From an uncultured delta proteobacterium (GTDB taxonomy: Bacteria > Myxococcota_A > Polyangia > Polyangiales > JAFGIB01): DNA of 64,000 nucleotides. The first letter of the stretch is position 1. Each line of letters opens with the position of its first letter. The translations under genes and the position numbers were made by a program. Of this stretch, positions 54,938 through 64,000 are shown piece by piece. The notes below the pieces were generated by a model. The model ran no database searches. It was not told where the DNA came from and saw only the letters and a list, made by a program, of their open reading frames with translations. The stretch covers positions 448,001-512,000 of the forward strand of contig CAVZVA010000003.1 of NCBI GenBank assembly GCA_963778655.1. Direction: 5' to 3'.

Positions 54938-57900
54938 TCAGCCGTTGCGGTAGCGGACGGCGGTTTCGCTTGCCCACAGCTGCAGCAGGTCGGACGCCAC
55001 CGGATCGCGCTCGAGCGGGCGCTCGTCGAGCGCGCGTAGCAGCTCGAGCGCGCCCGGCAGATCGTCACACAGCAGCAGCGCGGCGCGTGCCGCGACGAGC
55101 TTCACGCCATCACAGAACTGCACCAGGTCTTGCTCGCCTTGCTCCGCCAGCGCCGCGGCGGCCTCGTCGACCTTCTTGCGCGACAACCACGGCACAGCCT
55201 TGGTGATCGCGCGCGAGGCTTCGTCGAGCGCGTCCGTGCTCGCGATGCCCGCGCCGTAGCTCGGCTGCTGGCGCCGCACCGTACCGGCCAACAGCACGGC
55301 GAGCTCGCGCGCGGGCAACGCCGCGACGGCGGACAGCTCGAAGCGCAGGCAGAACAACGGCTGCGCGAGCGCGAAGACCAGCTGCGACTTGGGCTTGCCG
55401 AGCAGGCTGCGCGGTACGAGTAGAGCCGACGGCTCGCCGAGTCCGAGCTCGACAGCAGCGCCGCTCTGGTCGTGCACGTAGAGCTCGCAGTCAGGCGCGC
55501 CGAGCATGCGCGCGACGCGGTCGGCTGCGAGCCGCACCGTCTCACTCGAGTCTTCGGGCAGGCGATCGCGGCGGGTCAGCCCGTAACTGGCCAGCTCCAG
55601 CGGCTGCAGCTTGGCCACGACCGGCGCCAGTGTCTGCACCAGCAGCGCGGCGGGCGTCTGCAACAGGCCGTGCGGATCGAGCTCGGCGACGAGCGTGTCG
55701 TCGAACAGCCCCGGCCCGCCCGCGGGCCGCGCCTTGCGCGCCCGCAGCGATACGCGCTGCTCGCCCGCGGCCGTGTCCAGCGCGAGCAGCGGCAGCGCGC
55801 TGCTCAGACCTTCGGCGCTGCGGCCGGCCGCGAGATGCGCGTCGGACAGCGCCTGCCACAGCTCGGGACGGAATGGCGAGAGCGCGAGCTGCGCGCGTAC
55901 ACGGGCGATCGCCGCGTCGGGATTGCCAGCTTGCGTGAGCCTTGTGGCGTGCTCGACACACAGCGCGACGTCCTGCGGGTACGCGCGCGCGCCGCGCTCC
56001 AGCACTGCGAGCGCCTGTGTCCGATCGCCGAGATCGTCGGCCCAGCTGCGAGCGATCGCGAGCAAGGTGCGCGCGCCGTCCTCGCCACCCTTGGGTTGGG
56101 ACGAAAGGTGCTGTTGCAGCGCGTCGACGTAGCGGGCGTGAGTGGCGTGGCGGCCCAGCCGCTCGCGGTACGCGCGCTCGGCCACGCTATCGGTTCCCGC
56201 GAGCGCCAGCGCTTCCCACAGCGCCTGCTCGGCGCGCTCCGGATGGCCTTCACGCTCTTCGGCACGCGCGAGCTCGAGCAGGCATCGTACGCGCTCGGTG
56301 TCGTCGGGCGCGGTCTCGACCAGCTTGCGCAGCAGCGCGAGCGATTCTCCGTGCTTGCCGCCGGCGGCGAGCAATTTCGCCTGCAGTGTGAGCGCATTGC
56401 GGTTCTCGGGCTCGGCCGATAACACCGCGCGCAGCTGCTGGTGCGCGCGCGCGGCGTCGTGCAGGCGCTCGACCACGATGGTTGCGGCCGCGAGCAGCGC
56501 CGCCGCACGCTCGATTGGATCACGACCGAGGCTGGCGCAGCGCTCGTGGGCTTGTGCCGCTTGCTCCCAGCGCCCCAGCCCTTCCAGATGGCGGGCGAGC
56601 TCGAGCAGGGCAGGCACGTGCTCGGGCTTGCTCGCGAGCGCGCGCTCCGCGGCCGACACGGCGGCCGGCAGATTGTGGAGGTGCTCGGCGCGCAGTCGCG
56701 CGACCTGGGTGTAGAGGTCCGCGCGACGTCCGGCGTCTTGGGTGGCCTCGGCCGCGTGGGCCAGCGCGTCTGCGAGCTGCGCTTCCTGGCCGGCCTTGGT
56801 CAGCGCGAAGGAGAGCGTTTCCGCCGACCGCTTCGACCCCGGATCGAGCTCGAGCGCATGCAGCGCATCCTTGGCGGCGCCGCCGAAATCTGCACTGCGC
56901 GCGCGCAACTCGGCAGCGTGCAGTAACAGCTCCACGCTGATCCCGATGTCGCGGGTCACACGCGCCTCGGAACGCGCCGCGTCAGTCAGAGCCTGCGGCA
57001 GCGCGAAGGCCACCGCGGCGCGCGACAGCCCGCGCGCGGCGAGCAGGCTCTCCGGGTCGAGCGCAAACGCGGTGCGATATGCCGGCAGCGCTTGGGTGGC
57101 GTCCCGCGCTTCGATTCGTGCCGCGATCGCCAGGTGATGCGTCGCGGCGACCTCGCGATCGCCTTCCGCCTGCGCCAGCCGCGCTTCCAGTGCGAGCTCG
57201 GCCGCGCCGTCGTTTGCAGCGCGCGCGCGCTCGGCCAGCGCGCGCAGCGCCTCGATGTCGTCGCCGCGCAGCGCACACAGCTCGCGGTAGGCTGCGGCGG
57301 CTTCGTCGGGCGAGGGGAGCACAGCGGCGAGATCGCGCAGGGCCGCGACCTTGAGCCGCTCGTCCGCTGTGCTGGCGGCCTGTGCCGCGTAGCTCGTGCG
57401 CAGCTCTTTGTGATCGCGCTGTGCGACACCGAGCGCTTCGACCGCGAGCAGCGCCGAAACGTGATGCGGTGCGCGCGCGAGCAACTCTGCGTAGGTCGCG
57501 AGCGCAGTTCTTGCGTCCCCGAGGGTTTCGGCTTCCAGCACGGCCGCGCGTTCGAGGGCCGCGATCGACAGCCGCGGCTCGAGACTTTGGGCGACTTCGT
57601 CGTGCAGCGCCTTGGTCAGCCGTTTCCAGTCTTTGCTCTCCCAGAGCAGGCGCGCGCGCGCATCGAGGGCCAGGCGGGAGCCCGGCTGTGCCTGCAGCGC
57701 GCACTCGTAAGCCTCGAGCGCGCGTGCCGGATCGTTCAGCCGTTGCTCGCACAGGCGCCCGAGCTCGCAGTAGAGCTGCGCGCGCTCAGGCGCTTCGGCC
57801 ACGACCTTGGCCCGCGCTTGCAGTGCCGCGCCGAGCTCGCCCCAGCGCCCGCTCGCGCGCAATGCGCCGCTCAATGCCGCAAACGCGGCCGCGTGCGTGG

Positions 57901-60391
57901 GCTGCGCGGCGAGCGCGCGGTTGTACGCCTCTACCGCGTCCGGCAGCCGGCCGAGCCGTCGCTCGTAGAGCTGCCCGATCTCGAGCGCGAGCTCCACGCC
58001 TGCTTCCCGGCTCGCGCCGCGTTCGAGCGCGCGCGAGAGCAGGGCGATCAGGCCTTCCCAGCGCTCCTCGCTGCGGTAGAGCGCGCGCAGGCGCGCGTTC
58101 GCGAGGGGGTGCTCGGGGTGCTGTGCGAGCAGCTGCTCGAGCTCCACGATTGCCGCCTTCGTATCGCCGAGCCGTTCAGCCAGCAGCTCGGCGGCCCGGA
58201 CCCGCAGGTCGGCGGCGCGCGCCGGAGAGGCGACCAGCGTGGCCTCGCGCCGCAACGCGGACAGCGCCTGTGCGTGCTCGCCCGCCCGCAGCGCCGCGCG
58301 CTGCAGCGCGTGCAGGGCGCCGAGGTGGTCGGGGCAGAGCCGCAGCACACGCGCGTAGGCGGCCAGCGCGGCCTTCGGCTCGTCCAGGCGATCCTCGTAC
58401 AGCGCGCCGATCCGGAACAGGTACACGGTCGCCTGCTCCCGATCGCCGAGCTTGTCGATCATCTGCTCGTAGGCCAGCGCGAGCTCCTGAAAGCGTCCGA
58501 GCGCGGGCAGCAGGCGATCGAGCCCGCGCAGCGCGGGGTCGTGATCGGGCTGCATCCCGAGCGCGCGCGCGTAGTGCGCGGCCGCCTGCTCGGGGTCGTT
58601 CAGCTCGACTTCCCACAGCGCTCCCATGCGCACCAACAGCTCGGCTTTCGACGATGTGTCGGTGTGCGTCTCGAGCTCGCGCGCATAGACGTCGAGCAGG
58701 CCGTGGTGATCCGCACGGCGGTCGTAGAGCGCGGCCAGCGCCTGAAGCGCCGCGCGCTGCCCGGGCTCGGCGGCCAGGGCGTCGAGGTAGTAGCTTTCGG
58801 CGCGCTCGGAATCTGCGAGCGGGCCTTCGGCGAGCTCGGCCATGCGGATGCAGAGCGCCGCGCGCTCTGCGCCGCCCTGGGCGAGCGCGCGCAGCCGTTC
58901 GAGCACGGCGAGCTGTTGTGCGTGCGCGCCCTGCTGCGCGTGCAACTCGCTGGCGCGCTCGAGCAGCGAGCGATCGTCGGGCCGCTCGGTGCTGGCCAGC
59001 TGCAGCGCGGCGCTGGCGCGTTCGAGGTCACCGAGCTGCTCGCCGAGCAGCTCGGCCATGCGGCTGCCCGCGTCCGCGCGCACATTGGGATCGCCGGAGC
59101 GCAGCGCCTCCTGCTCGTACACGCGCAGCAGCTGCTCCCAATGGCCCTGCGCGTGGCCGAGACGTTTGATCGCCTCGGTCGCCCCGCCAACGTCCGGGTC
59201 GATCGCCAGCGCCGCGACGTAGAGCTCCAGCGCACGCGCCGGATCGGCGTTGCGCACGTCCGCGAGCCGCGCGCGCTCGGCGATCACCGCTGCCTTCCAG
59301 GCCGGGTCCTGCTCGATGGCTTGCGCCAGCTGCGCGAGCGTCGCGTCGAGCGCGTCCCAGCATTGGGCGCGGCGCTCGCAGCGTACGGCCGCGCGTAGCA
59401 GGTCGAGATCGTGCGCGTCGAGCGCGAGACCTTCGCGATAGGCGCTGAGCGCCTCGTCGCCGCGCGCCAGGCGTTCGAGCACGCGGCCCTTCTCGTAGAG
59501 TAAACGCGCGCGCGGCGCGGGCGAGGCATGGAGGCGCTGCTCGGCGTCGAACAGCGGCAGGGCCTCGGCATGACGTCCGAGCGCGCACAGCGCTCGGCGC
59601 GCAGCCTGGAGCGACGGCAGATGGTCGGGGCGTAACTGGGCGGCTTTGCAGTAGTGCTCGACGGCGCGCGCGGGCTTGAGCTCGCCGCGCTCGAGCAGCA
59701 CGCCCAGGTCGTAGTGCAGGCGCGCCGCGCGCAACGGCTCGGGAGCGCGGCTGAGCTCTTCGCGCATCCGCTGGGCGAGCGCGTCTACGCCGAGCTCGAG
59801 CGCGCCCACCATGGCCGCTGGGCGTTGGGGGCTGGCCGCCGCAGTGGGCTGCGCCGGCTTGGCCGGCGCGGCTGCCGGCGCAGGCGACGAGCCGCGGCGT
59901 GGAGGTCTGGACCGGCTCGAGCGCGCTGCGCTCTTCGGCGCTGCCGCGGGCGAGGCCGGCGGGGAGACGCGGCGCTGTGAGCTGGGGCGGCTCGAGCGCG
60001 CCGCGCTCTCGGGCAAAGCCGGAGGAGTGGCCGGCAGCGAGATGCGAGGGGGCGGGCTCGGGCCGCTCGCGCGCGCCGCGCTCGCGGGCAGCGCCGGAGG
60101 AGTAGCCGGCAGCGAGATGCGAGGGGGCGGGTTCGGGCCGCTCGCGCGCGCCGCGCGCTTGGGCGCGACCGCAGGCGTGGCCGGCAGCGAGGTGCGTCGC
60201 TGCGGGCTCGGTCGACTGGTGCGCTGCGCTGGAGCGCGCGCCGCAGCCGGCGGGGGTGGAGGCCCCGCTGCACGGCTCACCCGGGCCGGTGCGTCCGCGG
60301 GGTTGGGCTCGGCCTCACCCAGCTCGTCGAGGACGAGCTCGGTCGTGCGCTCTCGCTGGCGCTGATCGGACACCATTCTCAGCATAGACAA
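54938..60391 (-). CDS. Very large TPR protein with Pro-rich N-terminal repeats
   Basis: 1817 aa; many helical repeats (A..Y..AL...P.H..AL). Confidence 0.9.
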   Translation of the reverse strand: MSMLRMVSDQRQRERTTELVLDELGEAEPNPADAPARVSRAAGPPPPPAAARAPAQRTSRPSPQRRTSLPATPAVAPKRAARASGPNPPPRISLPATPPALPASAARASGPSPPPRISLPATPPALPESAARSSRPSSQRRVSPPASPAAAPKSAARSSRSRPPRRGSSPAPAAAPAKPAQPTAAASPQRPAAMVGALELGVDALAQRMREELSRAPEPLRAARLHYDLGVLLERGELKPARAVEHYCKAAQLRPDHLPSLQAARRALCALGRHAEALPLFDAEQRLHASPAPRARLLYEKGRVLERLARGDEALSAYREGLALDAHDLDLLRAAVRCERRAQCWDALDATLAQLAQAIEQDPAWKAAVIAERARLADVRNADPARALELYVAALAIDPDVGGATEAIKRLGHAQGHWEQLLRVYEQEALRSGDPNVRADAGSRMAELLGEQLGDLERASAALQLASTERPDDRSLLERASELHAQQGAHAQQLAVLERLRALAQGGAERAALCIRMAELAEGPLADSERAESYYLDALAAEPGQRAALQALAALYDRRADHHGLLDVYARELETHTDTSSKAELLVRMGALWEVELNDPEQAAAHYARALGMQPDHDPALRGLDRLLPALGRFQELALAYEQMIDKLGDREQATVYLFRIGALYEDRLDEPKAALAAYARVLRLCPDHLGALHALQRAALRAGEHAQALSALRREATLVASPARAADLRVRAAELLAERLGDTKAAIVELEQLLAQHPEHPLANARLRALYRSEERWEGLIALLSRALERGASREAGVELALEIGQLYERRLGRLPDAVEAYNRALAAQPTHAAAFAALSGALRASGRWGELGAALQARAKVVAEAPERAQLYCELGRLCEQRLNDPARALEAYECALQAQPGSRLALDARARLLWESKDWKRLTKALHDEVAQSLEPRLSIAALERAAVLEAETLGDARTALATYAELLARAPHHVSALLAVEALGVAQRDHKELRTSYAAQAASTADERLKVAALRDLAAVLPSPDEAAAAYRELCALRGDDIEALRALAERARAANDGAAELALEARLAQAEGDREVAATHHLAIAARIEARDATQALPAYRTAFALDPESLLAARGLSRAAVAFALPQALTDAARSEARVTRDIGISVELLLHAAELRARSADFGGAAKDALHALELDPGSKRSAETLSFALTKAGQEAQLADALAHAAEATQDAGRRADLYTQVARLRAEHLHNLPAAVSAAERALASKPEHVPALLELARHLEGLGRWEQAAQAHERCASLGRDPIERAAALLAAATIVVERLHDAARAHQQLRAVLSAEPENRNALTLQAKLLAAGGKHGESLALLRKLVETAPDDTERVRCLLELARAEEREGHPERAEQALWEALALAGTDSVAERAYRERLGRHATHARYVDALQQHLSSQPKGGEDGARTLLAIARSWADDLGDRTQALAVLERGARAYPQDVALCVEHATRLTQAGNPDAAIARVRAQLALSPFRPELWQALSDAHLAAGRSAEGLSSALPLLALDTAAGEQRVSLRARKARPAGGPGLFDDTLVAELDPHGLLQTPAALLVQTLAPVVAKLQPLELASYGLTRRDRLPEDSSETVRLAADRVARMLGAPDCELYVHDQSGAAVELGLGEPSALLVPRSLLGKPKSQLVFALAQPLFCLRFELSAVAALPARELAVLLAGTVRRQQPSYGAGIASTDALDEASRAITKAVPWLSRKKVDEAAAALAEQGEQDLVQFCDGVKLVAARAALLLCDDLPGALELLRALDERPLERDPVASDLLQLWASETAVRYRNG
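59870..60230 (-). repeat. 75-bp (25-aa) coding tandem repeat, about 5 degenerate copies
   Basis: AARASGP[NS]PPPRISLPATPPALP units. Confidence 0.8.
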
Positions 60392-60556
60392 TGTCGAGCG
60401 TGAGCAGAACGTGGGTTCGCCGCGCGCTCGCGCCCACAGAACCGCCAGCGGGGACGCGCCACCGAACCCTGCCCGTTCGATGCGCTCATTCAGCGGGGCG
60501 CACGTGTAGGTGGGGCGGCGTTATGGCATGGGACGAGCTGTGCAGGCGCCGGATAC

Positions 60557-60790
60557 AGCGCTGGTTTCTCGCTCATCTTCGCCGCGGTCAACATGGTCAA
60601 CGCGCGACTTGCGGCCAAGACCCACAGCCGCGCTTGGATTTCATGACTCGCCGCTGCGGCGTGCATCGGCGCCCTCGCGATCCCGGTGGCGCATGTGCTC
60701 GAAACACACCCCGCGAAAGTCGCTGCCCTGCTCGTCACGCTCGCGCTGTCGGGTCGCGGTCGAAGTGGCCTACCGACGTTGGCGCGGTCG
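60557..60790 (+). pseudogene. C-terminal remnant resembling an APC-family permease
   Basis: SAGFSLIFAAVNMVNARLAAKTHSRAWIS*LAAAACIGALA...LALS/VAVEVAYRR; TGA at 60644, shift near 60751. Confidence 0.55.
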
Positions 60791-60977
60791 CGGCGTCGAG
60801 GTCGGGCGAAGCTCGGTTTGGAGCAGCCTTGAGTACGAGCACCTCACGAGCCACCGCGGGCTTCGCGTTCGCGGGCTCGGGGGTCGCCGGCGAGCCTGGC
60901 GCGCGGCGGGCGCGTCCACCAGCAGCGGAGGGCTGCTGCCGAGCGAGGCGTTGTCCGCTACATTGCGGGCCTGACCG

Positions 60978-62186
60978 ATGCCGGGCTCGAACCTCAGGTG
61001 GCGCGTGCTGATCGTTTGCGCGGCGGTCGCCGTCGTCGGTGGCGCGCTGTACCTGTATCGGCGCGAGCTACGGGTGCCGGCCGCACGCGTCGCGCGCCGC
61101 GACGTGGTGCAGACCGTGCTGGGCAGCGGCCGTGTGGTCATGGCCGGCGACGTGGAGCTGCGCGTCAAGGGCGCCGGCAGGGTCAGCGAGGTACTGGTCA
61201 AAGAGGGGCAGCACGTGGCCAAGGGCGAGGCACTGGTGAAGCTCGACGCCGCCGACGAGCGCGCAGCGCTCGAGGAAGCGCAGGCGACCGTCGCGCGCTC
61301 GCTCGCCGACCTGCGCGCGCTGCGCTCGAAGGCGACCCCGCTGGCACGAAGCTCGCTGCAGCGGGCGGCGCTCGACGTGCAGTACGCGCAAGACGAGCTC
61401 GCGCGCACACAGAAGCTGTTCGCGGCAGGCGCGCAGAGCTCGCAGCAGCTCGTGCAGGCGCGCACCACCCTAGCCCTCGCGCGGACGCGCCGCGATACGG
61501 CGCAGCTCGAGCTGGCGAGCACCTTGCCCGAGGGCGCCGATCGCGAGCTCGCGGTCGCGGCGCTGGGGCAGGCGCAGGCGGCGCTGGACCGTGCGCAGGT
61601 TGGGCTTGCCGACGCGGCGCTCTCGGCGCCGAGCGCGGGCACGGTGGTCGAGCTCGGCGTCGATCCGGGGGATTCGGTGCAACCCGGACAGTTGCTCGTG
61701 CGCATGGTGGCCGACGGGCCGGTGCGGCTGGAGCTCGAGCCCGACGAGCGCAACCTTGCGCTGCTGCGGGTCGGACAGCACGCGCGCGCGTCGGCCGAGG
61801 CCTTTCCGGACCAGAGCTTCGACGCGCGTCTCAGTTACATCGCCAAGGCCGTCGACCCGACCCGTGGCACGATCCGCGTGCGCTTCGACGTGCCGGCACC
61901 GCCCGACTATCTGCGCGCGGACATGACGGTATCGGTCGAAATCACCGTCGCCAAGTTGCCCCGGGCGCTGGTGGTGCCGGTCGTCGCAGTGCGCGAGCTC
62001 GCGACCAAGCGGCCCTGGGTGCTGGTGGTGTACCGTGGCCGTGCGCTGCGCCGCGACATCGCGATCGGGGTGCGCGACGAGGCGCTGGTGCAGGTCGTCT
62101 CCGGCCTGCGCGAGGGCGAGTGGGTGCTGCTCGACCCCGCGCTCGCGCCGGGCGCGCGCGTGCGCCCCATGGCCGAGGAGCACTGA
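60978..62186 (+). CDS. Efflux membrane-fusion (periplasmic adaptor) protein
   Basis: TM; GRV.EV.VKEGQ.V.KG..L; APSAGTV; LRADMTV. Confidence 0.92.
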   Translation: MPGSNLRWRVLIVCAAVAVVGGALYLYRRELRVPAARVARRDVVQTVLGSGRVVMAGDVELRVKGAGRVSEVLVKEGQHVAKGEALVKLDAADERAALEEAQATVARSLADLRALRSKATPLARSSLQRAALDVQYAQDELARTQKLFAAGAQSSQQLVQARTTLALARTRRDTAQLELASTLPEGADRELAVAALGQAQAALDRAQVGLADAALSAPSAGTVVELGVDPGDSVQPGQLLVRMVADGPVRLELEPDERNLALLRVGQHARASAEAFPDQSFDARLSYIAKAVDPTRGTIRVRFDVPAPPDYLRADMTVSVEITVAKLPRALVVPVVAVRELATKRPWVLVVYRGRALRRDIAIGVRDEALVQVVSGLREGEWVLLDPALAPGARVRPMAEEH

Positions 62187-62192
62187 AGCGCA

Positions 62193-63393
62193 ATGCCGAT
62201 CGAGTGGTTCATCGCATTGCGCCTGCTGCGTGAGAGCCGCGCCCAGACCGCGCTCATCTTGGGCGGCGTCTCGGTGGGCGTGGCAGTGATCGTGTTCCTG
62301 TCCTCGCTCATCGACGGGCTGCAGCTCAGCATCATCGAGCGCACGCTGGGCTCGCAGCCGCACATCACCGTCTTCCGGCCCGACGAGACGGCGCGCGAGG
62401 TGTTCCCGCGCGAGTCGGGCGGTCCGGCCTGGATCGCACGCGTCGAGAAGCCCGCGCAGCGAGCTCGCGGCCTGGTCGAATGGCAACGCCTGCTGCGCAG
62501 GTTGCAAGTCGAGCCCGGCGTGGTGGCGACGGCCGCGGTGGCGGCCGGTCCCGCGCTCGCGCTGCGCGGCCAAGTGACGCGCGGCATCCAGTTGATCGGC
62601 GCAGCGGCCGACGAGCTCGACCGCATCATCGGCCTGCGTGAGCGGATGCGCGGCGGGACGCTCGATCTCGGTGCCGGACGCATCGTGCTCGGTCTGGAGC
62701 TCGCACGCGACCTGGGTGTGGGCGTCGGCGACCGCGTGCGGGTGGAGACCATGCGCGGCGGGAGCCAGCTCTTCCTGGTCGCCGGCCTGTTCGAGCTGGG
62801 CAACAAGGCCGTGGACTCCCGATGGGCGCTGTGCTCGCTGCGCGCCGGCCAGGCCTTGCTCGGGCTGCCGGGCGGTGCGACCGAGGTCTACGTGCGCGTA
62901 TCGGAGATCTACGCCGCCGAGCGCATCGCCGCGCGCATCCGCGGCGCGACCGGGCTATCGGCCGAGAGCTGGATGACCACCAACGCGCAGCTTCTCACCG
63001 GGCTGCGCTCGCAATCGGCCTCGAGCGCGCTGATCCAGGTCTTCGTGGTGCTCGCGGTCGCGATGGGCATCGCCAGCGTGCTCATCGTTTCGGTCGTGCA
63101 GCGCGCGCGAGCCATCGGCATTCTGCGCGCGATGGGCATGCCGCGCGTGCGGATCCTGCGCCTGTTCCTGTTCCAAGGCGCGGTCTACGGCGCGCTGGGC
63201 TCGCTGCTCGGTTCCGCGTTCGGCATCGGCTTGGTGTGGTCGTTTCTGCGTTTCGCGTCGCCCCTCTTTCCGATCGAGTTCTCTTTGGGCCGCCTCGTGC
63301 TCGCGTGCGCGATCGCCATCGTCTCGGGCGTGGTGTCGGCCGTGCTGCCCGCGCGGCGCGCGGCGAAGCTGGATCCGGCGGTGGCGATCCGCA

Positions 63394-63401
<8 letters not shown>
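62193..63401 (+). CDS. ABC transporter permease (MacB/LolE-like)
   Basis: [25 protein letters not shown]. Confidence 0.92.

Positions 63402-64000
<599 letters not shown>

Overview
High-GC chromosomal segment most consistent with a myxobacterium (inferred from MYXO-CTERM-like tails, Cys-rich lipoproteins, a sigma-54 activator and an MXAN_5187-like protein). Core genes: comM-recA, tadA, fbaB, pcnB, nagZ, hflX, ttcA, cysS, an acyl-CoA carboxylase pair and a MacAB/LolCDE-type ABC operon. There is an RNA cluster of three tRNA-Ser, tRNA-Arg(ACG) and the SRP RNA. The 12-27 kb stretch is accessory-like, with surface proteins and gene remnants. The best non-ORF signals are: (1) two ~170-bp CTAG-bounded fold-back elements (16657-16827, 24609-24778) whose mismatches mostly resolve as G.U pairs on one strand, one of them inserted into a methyltransferase remnant; (2) mutually exclusive hairpins over the fbaB ribosome-binding site; (3) candidate regulatory sites at comM-recA, coq4/tetR and the di-heme peroxidase. 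Several genes are frameshifted, almost always by inserted bases, which points to sequencing error rather than decay. No CRISPR array, rRNA, transposase or integrase was seen. All calls come from reading motifs by eye; no database searches were run.
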